Source: Octopus vulgaris (Eukaryota). From it: DNA of 64,000 nt. The first letter of the stretch is position 1; each line of letters opens with the position of its first letter. The stretch lies in contig OX597826.1 of the NCBI GenBank assembly GCA_951406725.2, forward strand, positions 23,188,001-23,252,000, given 5' to 3'. The notes under the pieces are model-generated. The model saw only the letters and a list, made by a program, of their open reading frames with translations, was not told where the DNA came from and did not search any database. Below are positions 51,865 to 64,000 of this stretch, in pieces. The translations under genes were made by a program, and so were the position numbers.

Positions 51865-51968
51865 AGCAACAAACAAGATGAGGACAAATATCCATCAAAT
51901 GTAAATAATGTAAAATGAAATTGTAAAACGATTTTGATTTAAAAGAAAAATGAAATTTGATAAGTTAC

Positions 51969-52055
51969 TTTTTCTCTTGCTGTAAAATAATCCACTTTTC
52001 AAGTTCAGAATTTTTCTCTTTCAATTGCTTGAGTTCTTCAGCTTTGGCTTTTAAA
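51969..52055 (-). CDS. SCLT1: SCLT1 exon (LKAKAEELKQLKEKNSELEKWIILQQEK-N)
   Basis: ttccag| ... |gtaact, 87 nt, phase 2 to phase 2. Confidence 0.85.
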
Positions 52056-52472
52056 CTGGAAATATAACAAATATATTGCATTATCATTATCACCATCACC
52101 ACTACCACCAAAACCACCACCCCACCACCACCACCACCACTACCACCACAACACCCATCATCATTATAATTGCTTCTACCGTCATAATCATCATCATCAT
52201 TATTATATCATCACCATGATTATCATCAGTGGCAGCATCACCACCACCAAATCATCATCAATCATCATCATCAACATCACCACCACCAAACACTACAACT
52301 GTCATTATCGCCAGTATCATCTTCATCATAGCTGCTGCCACCACCACTTTCATCATCATCATCATCATCATCATCACCATCACCATCAACATTGTTGTCA
52401 TCGTCATCATTATCATCATCATCAACATAAATTTATTTTCATTAAAGAATAGAAAAATAGGATCAAACTCAC

Positions 52473-52564
52473 TCATTTTCTAAACTTGATGTCTGCCTTT
52501 TCATATTGGTGACCACATCACCAGAATTAGAGTCTTTCTGGGCCAGTTCAACCAATTCTTGTTC
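52473..52564 (-). CDS. SCLT1: SCLT1 exon (EQELVELAQKDSNSGDVVTNMKRQTSSLEN-D)
   Basis: ctgtag| ... |gtgagt, 92 nt, phase-consistent. Confidence 0.85.
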
Positions 52565-52875
52565 CTACAGAAAATGAAAAGAGAAGACAGGAATGACAAC
52601 AGTTCAACACTATTGAAAAAAGAGAATTATTTCTTCTTCACCCACCCATCCATCCACCTTTCTGTTCCTCTACCCTTATTATCACTTACATACACACTGT
52701 GTACCTTTAGGGTACGCTATCACCATTTCTCTCTCTTTCCAGCTCAGAAAGCCATGTATTCACCTCTTTACCAAGAAACCTGTTCCTATTCCTCAATCAT
52801 ACTTTCACATCCTTCAATATTTGACTCAACTTGACTCAGTACTCGACTCGACTCAACTCCACTGCACTCCACTTA

Positions 52876-53040
52876 CCGTATTTTAATGTGTATAAGGAAC
52901 CCCCTAATTTTGGGTGCTTAAAATTTGGAAAAAATGTTTTGTAAAGGATTATAATATTATCCATCCATGTATAAGAAACTCCCATATTTTTTAACCTAAA
53001 TTTTGAAGAAAAAGGGTTCCTTATACATGTTAAAATATGG
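52876..53040. mobile_element. pogo/Tc1-type MITE
   Basis: TA|CCGTATTTTAATGTGTATAAGGAACCC ... GGGTTCCTTATACATGTTAAAATATGG; ~27-bp TIR. Confidence 0.65.
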
Positions 53041-53659
53041 CAATTGTGGGGGTCTTGTCTTGTGAGTACTTGATGACCTTACAAATGTGGGGGCCATGAA
53101 AACAGCACCCAGTACACTCTGTAAAGTGGTTGGTATTAGGAAGGGCATTAAGCTGTAGAAACCATGCAAAAGTAGACATTGAAGTTCAGTGCAGTTCTCT
53201 GGCTCATTGGTTTGTGTTGAGCCATCTAACCCATGCCATCATGGAAAAAGGGATGTTGAAAGAAGATGATGATGATGATATTAAAGATAAACCAAATCTT
53301 CATCATTGTATATTTATTCATCGGACTGTAACAAATTATTTTTAGTGATGTCAATTTGTCACTCAGCTAAGTTATGAGACATAGATGCAGATGCCATTTT
53401 TTTCTAAGATGAGTCAATGTTGAAACATATAGAGACAAATACATACAGACATATATACCTACATTCATACACATACACAGCAGGCTTCAACACAATTTCC
53501 ATCTACTGATTTCATTCACAAGACAACGTAATATTTCCCCATGTCCAAATATGTTTTCACATAATATTAAAAACGAACGACACCACTTGTGTGACAGTGA
53601 CACTCATTTACAACTATCATGTGATGTCATGATAGACATGCACTCAATCAGACATACAT

Positions 53660-53695
<36 letters not shown>

Positions 53696-54243
53696 ACACA
53701 CACACATATACATATATATATAACTGGTTACTTTCAGTTTCCATCTACGAAATCCTCTAACAAGGTTTTGCTAGGGTCAGCCGTGGGCTATAGCAGAAGA
53801 CACTTGCCAAGGTGTCACACAGTGAAATTGAACTCAAAACCATGTGTTTTGTAAGTAGACTTCTTAACTATACACCCACACCTGCATCTGGAGAAAGCAT
53901 ATCAGAACAATTACCACCACCAACCCACCGAGGACAATTCCTCCTGACAACAACTACCCCCTAGGACAATAACCCACCTTGGTTAATTAACCCCTCTCTA
54001 ATATATTAAGAAGTTTTAAAGCATCATCTGTTGTCCTCAGGAGTAGTTGTCCTTAGTGGGGTGGTTATTGTCCATGGGGGTTAAATGTCCTAGACTCAGA
54101 GAAAGATTAAAAAATACATCTGAAAATTACATAAAAAGCTGAGACATAATTATAAAGAAACAGCACAAAAAGACTGTGGAAAACTAAGTCTTGAGGATGA
54201 TTTGAACCAAGTCTTGAAGATGTAAAATATAGTCTTCATTTAC

Positions 54244-54334
54244 CTTCCATTTGAGCTTTCGTTTGAGTTCTTCAACAGCAGCTTGCAAAGTTTCATTATT
54301 GACTTTCAAATTCATTACTTCCTTCTCTTTTTCC
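54244..54334 (-). CDS. SCLT1: SCLT1 exon (EKEKEVMNLKVNNETLQAAVEELKRKLKWK)
   Basis: ttcag| ... |gtaa, 91 nt, coiled-coil peptide, phase-consistent. Confidence 0.85.
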
Positions 54335-56322
54335 CTGAAGCAAAAATAAACCCAGTTTTCGTTTTTTCACCAAATAAGAAGTAAATTAGAATAATTTATG
54401 CAATACTTATAAAACAGCGAGAATCCAAACAATAACCTTAAAGCATACTCTGTTGATGAAAAAAACTTGCAGTCAAATATTCAAGTTCGAATCTGCCAAA
54501 ACATATCGGTTTCAAATTTTGGCACAAGGCCAGCAATTTCAGGGGAGAGAGTAAGTCGATTGCATCAATTCCAGTACTTCACTGGTACTTCTTTTATCAA
54601 TCCCAACAGAATGAAAGGTAAAGTCAACCTCAGTGGAATTTGAACTCAGAATGTAAAGACGGACACAATGCCACAAAGCATTTTTACCTGGTGTGCTAAT
54701 GATTCTCCCAGCTTGCAGCCTTAATAATGATAATAATAATGGTTTCAAATTTTGGACTAGACTAACGATTTTTAGGGGAGGGGATTAGTTGATTACATTG
54801 GCCCCAGTGCTCAGCTAGTATTTATTTTATCAATCTTGAGTGGATGAAAGGCAAAGTTGATCCCAGCAGAGTTTGAAGTCAGAACATAAAGATGGACAAA
54901 ATGCCACCAAGCATTTTTACCCAGTGAGCTAATGATTCTGCCAGAACATTTTAAGAATAAATAAATATGCTATTCTTTGGATTCTCACTGTTCTCTGTAC
55001 ACTTCATGTATTATTATCCAAATGTCAGGCATCAATACACATTAGTAAATAATTTGTTGGCTGAATTCTATAAACAAGAGCATGTACTTTTGTTATCTCT
55101 ATCAATCATGCAGGATACCTTTAACCCATTTGTTACCATTTTTTTTTTACTAAAACCTGTTTTTGTTTCAATTAATTGTGAAAATAATGAAGAATTTAGT
55201 AAAATAACATTGTCATTATTAAACTGATGTTTGGAGCAAAAATTAACCTGGAATAATGTTGGAAGGTTTTAATTCAAATCACTTTTAAAAACAGGAAATT
55301 TGTACAAGAACCTGAAGAGTCACACAATGCGTCTCTAAATTTCCTTATGCCAGTAAATTGAATGTGTTAGGAAGACACATCATCTAAAGCAGTAGTTCTC
55401 AATCAGGGTATATATGGCCCATGAGAGTCCATATAAAATTTTTTCAGGGTCCATGCAACAAAATAGTTAGAGATCCACGATAGTATTTTAAGGGCCCTTG
55501 AAAAAAATTTTGCTTTAGATGTATTTATTGGTATGAAACAGCAAGGTTTCATTCTCTAACATTTTACATTGTTAATGCATATAAAACAATGTTTGTGTGT
55601 GTGTGTGTGTGTGTAGTAGGGTTAATGTTTTAGTTAGGAAGAAGGAGCTGTGTCCTCCCCCTTTACCAACAACCTCCAAAAGCCTTCCATGTGGTGCATA
55701 AAACCAATGTACTAGATGTTCATATTTAACAACTGTTTGTCAACAGATGCAAGTGAAACATGGATGAAGGTAGAATTCCAGTGGGATGATGCACTATAGA
55801 GGAAGGATTGAACATGGGGATTAGTGCCAGAATGCCTGGGAAGGGAAGACACAGTGTGGTTGAAAAAAGGAGGAAAGGTAAGTGTATTGGGTGGCCTTGG
55901 GTGGAAGTGTTACATTACCAGCTAGCACCAAGGAATGGAGGTCACTGTAGAATGAAAAGAGAAGACAGAATTAAGATAGATAAAATATGTTATAAACTTG
56001 TTTGTTACGTGAGCATTTTGAAATTTGACATATATTATCGCTTTTATCAGCAGTATATAAACAGGTCAGATCAAAAATGATTTGCTAATAGTAATGACAT
56101 ATAGCAATTATATCTGTTTCATAGCCAGGCTGTCAGCAACTAAACTGGAAATACCACTCCAGGGGTTTTATTATGATATGTGAAGGGTGAACGAACAATT
56201 TGATAGGCCGAAAAACAATAGATGTCTGCAAAAGGGGAGGAACACATCAAGGAGTCACCATTCATCTACCATTCACAAAAGCCACAAATATAATGAAAAC
56301 AAAAATTAAGTAACACAACTAC

Positions 56323-56393
56323 CTGAGATTTTTCTGTAAAGGTTCCACTTCAGCAACAATTGATTGTACTGACGTATAATATTGGTTCTTCAT
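56323..56393 (-). CDS. SCLT1: SCLT1 exon, first in window (MKNQYYTSVQSIVAEVEPLQKNL-R)
   Basis: tttcacag| ... |gtag, 71 nt; phase 2 matches the next exon at 54334. Confidence 0.75.
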
Positions 56394-57375
56394 CTGTGAA
56401 AACATACAACAACAATCAATCAATCATTCTCTCAATCAACCAATTATTTGATCACTTAATCAATTAATCAATCAATCAATATTATAAAATGAACTGATTT
56501 CTTTTGAAGAGACACAAAGCCAATTTACATAAGGCATATATGGGAATATAGTTTACTGAGCTGAATCCAAAATTTTTTGGTGACTGACATACAGATTTTT
56601 TTATGACACCTGCAAGAATATGAAGAAAATGCTGCAAGTAAGGGGTGTCTGCTGTCTGCTATCTTAACCAAACTGCCAAGAGTTGGTACCAGATTTTTGG
56701 GAAAAGATTTGTTTCCTACTGATATGAGCAAGAAAAGACAAGTAACAGTAGGAGTGACATCTTATTTATTTATGTAACCTTTTCAAGCCTAGCCAGGCTC
56801 ATGGGCTCGGTTTCCTGGTTTCTATGGCGTATGTGTTCCCCCCAGCTGGACGGGATGCCAGTCCATCGCAGCGTTACTCAAGAAACAGGAAGAAAGAGTG
56901 AGAGAAAGTTGGGGCAAAAGAGTACAACAGGAGTCACTACCACCCGCTGCCAGAGCCTTGTGGAGCTTTAGGTGTTTTTGCTTAATAAACACACACAATA
57001 CCTGGTCTGGGAATCAAAACCGTGATCCTCCGACCGTGAGTCTGCTGCCCTAACCACTAGGCCAATGTGCCTCCACTAGGTATAAAAAATAAACAAATAA
57101 ATTGGGGTATTTGTTTATTAACCCAAGTTTATAAACTGGGACAATAAACATAATATCCCAGTTTATTTATCTAAAACTGGGAAATTGTCAGGCTAAATGT
57201 CTCAACCAAACAGAAAAGGCAAAATCATGAGATCAAATTAAATGCTCAAAGGTTTATCATAAGTTGTTAACAAGATTATAGTGATTGCCAGTAAGTGACA
57301 ACCTATAATTTTTATAATTGCATATGAGAAAGAGGGGTCACCATCTTGAGTGCAAGCAACAAGAAACTAAGAATT

Positions 57376-57882
57376 TGTAAGACGTTCGTAATAAGTCATA
57401 ACATATTTATTACTGGATGTTATGTGTTAACATATAAGGTTAATTGAAGGAAAAGACTTGTAACATCACATGAATGTATTTTGCAACCACGTCTCAAAGC
57501 AAATAAGGCAAACATCCGCGCATGTGGGTGTGTATGCGAGTGGCGTGACTCAATGAATGTCTAGGAATCAACAGGCAAGTGTGGAGTGAAATTAGAAATG
57601 TGTTCCTTTATATAAGGGATGAACCAGAAGTCCCTGACTTCCATGTCATCTGGAAGTTAATTGGAAGCTTCTAGAATGTTTGAGAATTTTCAAGAAGGTC
57701 GAGGGAGTTTACTCCCGTTAGATCCCTTTTTCGTTTTGCTTTCCTGCTTGACTGCCAGGGTTCACTACAAGATTAAATATTTTAGACTATTAACCTCATT
57801 TTCAGAGTTGAATAATAAAACATCTGCCTGGCTGGTGGATCTGCAGTGCATGGCAAGTTTTATAAGAGAAAGACCTATTGCA
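57376..57882 (+). mobile_element. Probable solo LTR (duplicated at 61216-61722)
   Basis: AATT|TGTAAG ... TATTGCA|AATT gives TG..CA termini with a 4-bp TSD. TATATAAG at about 57609 and AATAAA at about 57814. Confidence 0.55.
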
Positions 57883-59359
57883 AATTAGTCTTCATACACA
57901 ATATGAAGGACCTGAATCCACTGGGAAGATAGCTTCAAATGACTGTTGAGCTCTTGACTGGAGTTCAGTACTACAATAGGTTCTCCTTTTTATTGCTTTC
58001 ACCCAATCTGCCAGGATCAGCAGTTAAACTTCTCTTGAATTCAAGAGGAGTTTAACATAAGGATAATATAATCTTTGCTACACTATGTCTGTGAAAAAGC
58101 AGTACTGTCAGCACTGGAAATGATTGGGACTGACCAGGGGCTAAACAGTAAGATTCACTTCAATACAAATAATGCTCTCCACTATAATGCAGTGTGGAGA
58201 CACATGGCCTAATGGTTAGAGCAGCAGACTCGCGGTCGAGGGATCATGGGTTCGAATCTCAAACCAGGTGATGTGTGTGTTTATGAGCAAAACACCTAAG
58301 CTCCATGCGGCTCCGGCAGAAGGTAATGGCGAACTTCTGCTGACTCTTTCGACACAACTTTCTCTCACTCTTTCCTCCTGCATCTTGCAGCTCACCTGCG
58401 ATGGACCGGCATCCCGTCCAGGTGGGGAACCTATACGCCAAGGAAACTGGCTCGAGAAGGAACAAACAAACTATAATGCAACATTGTATATAAACCCCAC
58501 ACCCATTTGAATGAGGCACTGACCTTAAACTATTCTTTCCACAAAGAGCTGTTAAACAAACACAGAGTTGCAGTTGTGTAATATATTCATCTTCTGGTGA
58601 GATGCCAGTGCTTGATGAACTTTATGTGAAATGGAAAGGGTTGTTGCACATCAGCCATCAAAGACAGTGCAAGGAACCTGAATTCTATTGGAAAGATAGC
58701 TCAAAATTACTGTGTGATTGTGGACTAGGGTTAAACACTACAATAGCTTCTCTTTCCGTTGTTTCTCCAAACACAGAGGAGGAGATAAGGTCAGAACTAT
58801 GAATCAACAAAGAGCACATCAGTTTGATAGTACAACCACTAATTACAGTGATGAGTCATTCCTGCTCTGCAGAGCTTACATTCTTTCAAGTGGAATGAGT
58901 AATTTGAGAGTTATGTATTTTGGCCTGAGCAACCAGCCTTTCAGCTGACTGCTTGAGTAAACATGAAAATTGGCTTTCAGGAAGGTGGGAGGGAAAAATA
59001 AGTTGTGGTAAGTCAAACTGCAGATATGATGTTTATGTAACATACCCGGTTGGTCTGCTTCTCAAGATCATCCCATGGCTGGTTGCTTTTCAAATTCTGC
59101 AGAAGAAATGGAATTTAGATAAATATTACAATTTTATAATCAAGTAAAAATACATGAAAATATATAAAACATACGTTGATGATTTGATTATGTGTGTGTG
59201 TATGTATGTGTGTGTGTGTCTGTGTGTGTGTCTGTGTGTGTGTGTGTGTGTATTATAATGATAATATGAGGGAATATTATTCCAAACTTACAGGGAAAAA
59301 TTCAATTTAGAAATACAAAATCAAATTTCACCAAATATAATATATATATATATATATAT

Positions 59360-59868
59360 TTCTTGTGACACTTGTGAAGACCTGTTGAGGCAAGTGAAAA
59401 TCAAAAAATCAAAAAATCAAAACAAATCAAAATAGATGAACATCAATGGAATTTGTATCTTTGTGGTACCAGTGCCGGTGGCACACAAGAAAACCATCCG
59501 AACGTGGCCGTAGCCAGTACCGCATCGACTGGCCTCCGTGCTGTGGGCACGTAACAAACACCATCCGATCGTGGCCGTTCGCCAGCCTCATCTGGCACCT
59601 ATGTCGGTGGCACATAAAAACACCATCCGAGCGTGGCCGTCTGCCAGCCTCGTCTGGCACCTGTGTCGGTGGCACATAAAAAACACCATCCGAGCGTGGC
59701 CGTTCGCCAGCCTCATCTGGCACTTGTGTCGGTGGCACATAAAATCACCCACTACACTCTCGGAGTGGTTGGCGTTAGGAAGGGCATCCAGCTGTAGAAA
59801 CACTGCCAGATCTGACTGGCCTGGTGCAGCCTTCGGGCTCCCCAGACCCCAGTTGAACCATCCAACCC
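59360..59868 (+). mobile_element. 5'-truncated RTE 3' UTR fragment (repeated at 63200-63747 with a (GAT)n tail)
   Basis: Reverse complement of about 26450-27120, with fewer 62-bp units. Confidence 0.85.
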
Positions 59869-60162
59869 NNNNNNNNNNNNNNNNNNNNNNNNNNNNNNNN
59901 NNNNNNNNNNNNNNNNNNNNNNNNNNNNNNNNNNNNNNNNNNNNNNNNNNNNNNNNNNNNNNNNNNNNGCTGTCAGCAACTAAACTGGAAATACCACTCC
60001 AGGGGTTTTATTATGATATGTGAAGGGTGAACGAACAATTTGATAGGCCGAAAAACAATAGATGTCTGCAAAAGGGGAGGAACACATCAAGGAGTCACCA
60101 TTCATCTACCATTCACAAAAGCCACAAATATAATGAAAACAAAAATTAAGTAACACAACTAC

Positions 60163-60233
60163 CTGAGATTTTTCTGTAAAGGTTCCACTTCAGCAACAAT
60201 TGATTGTACTGACGTATAATATTGGTTCTTCAT
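60163..60233 (-). CDS. SCLT1: Second, identical copy of the 71-nt SCLT1 exon (inside the gap-flanking duplication)
   Basis: Same sequence as 56323-56393 at +3840 offset; only one copy is likely real. Confidence 0.4.
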
Positions 60234-63200
60234 CTGTGAAAACATACAACAACAATCAATCAATCATTCTCTCAATCAACCAATTATTTGATCACTTAAT
60301 CAATTAATCAATCAATCAATATTATAAAATGAACTGATTTCTTTTGAAGAGACACAAAGCCAATTTACATAAGGCATATATGGGAATATAGTTTACTGAG
60401 CTGAATCCAAAATTTTTTGGTGACTGACATACAGATTTTTTTATGACACCTGCAAGAATATGAAGAAAATGCTGCAAGTAAGGGGTGTCTGCTGTCTGCT
60501 ATCTTAACCAAACTGCCAAGAGTTGGTACCAGATTTTTGGGAAAAGATTTGTTTCCTACTGATATGAGCAAGAAAAGACAAGTAACAGTAGGAGTGACAT
60601 CTTATTTATTTATGTAACCTTTTCAAGCCTAGCCAGGCTCATGGGCTCGGTTTCCTGGTTTCTATGGCGTATGTGTTCCCCCCAGCTGGACGGGATGCCA
60701 GTCCATCGCAGCGTTACTCAAGAAACAGGAAGAAAGAGTGAGAGAAAGTTGGGGCAAAAGAGTACAACAGGAGTCACTACCACCCGCTGCCAGAGCCTTG
60801 TGGAGCTTTAGGTGTTTTTGCTTAATAAACACACACAATACCTGGTCTGGGAATCAAAACCGTGATCCTCCGACCGTGAGTCTGCTGCCCTAACCACTAG
60901 GCCAATGTGCCTCCACTAGGTATAAAAAATAAACAAATAAATTGGGGTATTTGTTTATTAACCCAAGTTTATAAACTGGGACAATAAACATAATATCCCA
61001 GTTTATTTATCTAAAACTGGGAAATTGTCAGGCTAAATGTCTCAACCAAACAGAAAAGGCAAAATCATGAGATCAAATTAAATGCTCAAAGGTTTATCAT
61101 AAGTTGTTAACAAGATTATAGTGATTGCCAGTAAGTGACAACCTATAATTTTTATAATTGCATATGAGAAAGAGGGGTCACCATCTTGAGTGCAAGCAAC
61201 AAGAAACTAAGAATTTGTAAGACGTTCGTAATAAGTCATAACATATTTATTACTGGATGTTATGTGTTAACATATAAGGTTAATTGAAGGAAAAGACTTG
61301 TAACATCACATGAATGTATTTTGCAACCACGTCTCAAAGCAAATAAGGCAAACATCCGCGCATGTGGGTGTGTATGCGAGTGGCGTGACTCAATGAATGT
61401 CTAGGAATCAACAGGCAAGTGTGGAGTGAAATTAGAAATGTGTTCCTTTATATAAGGGATGAACCAGAAGTCCCTGACTTCCATGTCATCTGGAAGTTAA
61501 TTGGAAGCTTCTAGAATGTTTGAGAATTTTCAAGAAGGTCGAGGGAGTTTACTCCCGTTAGATCCCTTTTTCGTTTTGCTTTCCTGCTTGACTGCCAGGG
61601 TTCACTACAAGATTAAATATTTTAGACTATTAACCTCATTTTCAGAGTTGAATAATAAAACATCTGCCTGGCTGGTGGATCTGCAGTGCATGGCAAGTTT
61701 TATAAGAGAAAGACCTATTGCAAATTAGTCTTCATACACAATATGAAGGACCTGAATCCACTGGGAAGATAGCTTCAAATGACTGTTGAGCTCTTGACTG
61801 GAGTTCAGTACTACAATAGGTTCTCCTTTTTATTGCTTTCACCCAATCTGCCAGGATCAGCAGTTAAACTTCTCTTGAATTCAAGAGGAGTTTAACATAA
61901 GGATAATATAATCTTTGCTACACTATGTCTGTGAAAAAGCAGTACTGTCAGCACTGGAAATGATTGGGACTGACCAGGGGCTAAACAGTAAGATTCACTT
62001 CAATACAAATAATGCTCTCCACTATAATGCAGTGTGGAGACACATGGCCTAATGGTTAGAGCAGCAGACTCGCGGTCGAGGGATCATGGGTTCGAATCTC
62101 AAACCAGGTGATGTGTGTGTTTATGAGCAAAACACCTAAGCTCCATGCGGCTCCGGCAGAAGGTAATGGCGAACTTCTGCTGACTCTTTCGACACAACTT
62201 TCTCTCACTCTTTCCTCCTGCATCTTGCAGCTCACCTGCGATGGACCGGCATCCCGTCCAGGTGGGGAACCTATACGCCAAGGAAACTGGCTCGAGAAGG
62301 AACAAACAAACTATAATGCAACATTGTATATAAACCCCACACCCATTTGAATGAGGCACTGACCTTAAACTATTCTTTCCACAAAGAGCTGTTAAACAAA
62401 CACAGAGTTGCAGTTGTGTAATATATTCATCTTCTGGTGAGATGCCAGTGCTTGATGAACTTTATGTGAAATGGAAAGGGTTGTTGCACATCAGCCATCA
62501 AAGACAGTGCAAGGAACCTGAATTCTATTGGAAAGATAGCTCAAAATTACTGTGTGATTGTGGACTAGGGTTAAACACTACAATAGCTTCTCTTTCCGTT
62601 GTTTCTCCAAACACAGAGGAGGAGATAAGGTCAGAACTATGAATCAACAAAGAGCACATCAGTTTGATAGTACAACCACTAATTACAGTGATGAGTCATT
62701 CCTGCTCTGCAGAGCTTACATTCTTTCAAGTGGAATGAGTAATTTGAGAGTTATGTATTTTGGCCTGAGCAACCAGCCTTTCAGCTGACTGCTTGAGTAA
62801 ACATGAAAATTGGCTTTCAGGAAGGTGGGAGGGAAAAATAAGTTGTGGTAAGTCAAACTGCAGATATGATGTTTATGTAACATACCCGGTTGGTCTGCTT
62901 CTCAAGATCATCCCATGGCTGGTTGCTTTTCAAATTCTGCAGAAGAAATGGAATTTAGATAAATATTACAATTTTATAATCAAGTAAAAATACATGAAAA
63001 TATATAAAACATACGTTGATGATTTGATTATGTGTGTGTGTATGTATGTGTGTGTGTGTCTGTGTGTGTGTCTGTGTGTGTGTGTGTGTGTATTATAATG
63101 ATAATATGAGGGAATATTATTCCAAACTTACAGGGAAAAATTCAATTTAGAAATACAAAATCAAATTTCACCAAATATAATATATATATATATATATATT

Positions 63201-63744
63201 TCTTGTGACACTTGTGAAGACCTGTTGAGGCAAGTGAAAATCAAAAAATCAAAAAATCAAAACAAATCAAAATAGATGAACATCAATGGAATTTGTATCT
63301 TTGTGGTACCAGTGCCGGTGGCACACAAGAAAACCATCCGAACGTGGCCGTAGCCAGTACCGCATCGACTGGCCTCCGTGCTGTGGGCACGTAACAAACA
63401 CCATCCGATCGTGGCCGTTCGCCAGCCTCATCTGGCACCTATGTCGGTGGCACATAAAAACACCATCCGAGCGTGGCCGTCTGCCAGCCTCGTCTGGCAC
63501 CTGTGTCGGTGGCACATAAAAAACACCATCCGAGCGTGGCCGTTCGCCAGCCTCATCTGGCACTTGTGTCGGTGGCACATAAAATCACCCACTACACTCT
63601 CGGAGTGGTTGGCGTTAGGAAGGGCATCCAGCTGTAGAAACACTGCCAGATCTGACTGGCCTGGTGCAGCCTTCGGGCTCCCCAGACCCCAGTTGAACCA
63701 TCCAACCCATGCTAGCATGGAAAGCGGACGTTAAATGATGATGA

Positions 63745-63804
<60 letters not shown>

Positions 63805-64000
63805 AAAAACCCCACCTTTTATCAATTCAATAATGAAAAATTAAATTATACCATTTAGAAAAATTACATCTTATAGAAAGATTAAATATAAGATAAAACA
63901 TATAACAATGATTAAGTAATGTGCTTACTTAATCATTGTTATATGTTTTATCTTATATTTAATCTTTCTATAAGATGTAATTTTTCTAAATGGTATAATT

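Larger units (their letters stand above)
56129..63708. other. 3740-bp apparently identical tandem duplication (56129-59868 / 59969-63708) separated by a 100-N gap
   Basis: Offset of 3840, no differences seen by eye, boundaries coincide with the gap at 59869-59968. Confidence 0.92.

Overview
AT-rich, microsatellite- and repeat-dense eukaryotic DNA. The tRNA-SINE and RTE content looks like an octopus (coleoid) genome; this is an inference. Two spliced minus-strand genes can be rebuilt by hand. CCDC22 has coding exons 1-2 at 4635-4586 and 1646-1475 and continues off the left edge. An SCLT1 orthologue has 15 phase-consistent coding exons from 56393 to a stop at 23170 (520 aa in the window); its 5' exons probably lie off the right edge. 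Introns and intergenic DNA hold two near-full-length decayed RTE LINEs (with a PHD finger inside the RT ORF), CR1-group and Helitron fragments, several MITEs, a probable solo LTR and many SINEs. The most notable unexplained signal is a set of at least five unrelated short elements carrying minimal type-I hammerhead ribozyme motifs (stem I-CTGANGA-stem II-GAAA-short palindrome). Most sit in inverted or tandem pairs at (TA)n tracts, as Penelope-like or retrozyme-like elements do. They include a 537-nt hammerhead-to-hammerhead monomer and a tRNA-headed hammerhead element. The 3.74-kb duplication around the 100-N gap is very probably an assembly artefact. Most ORFs in the supplied track are spurious translations of repeats.
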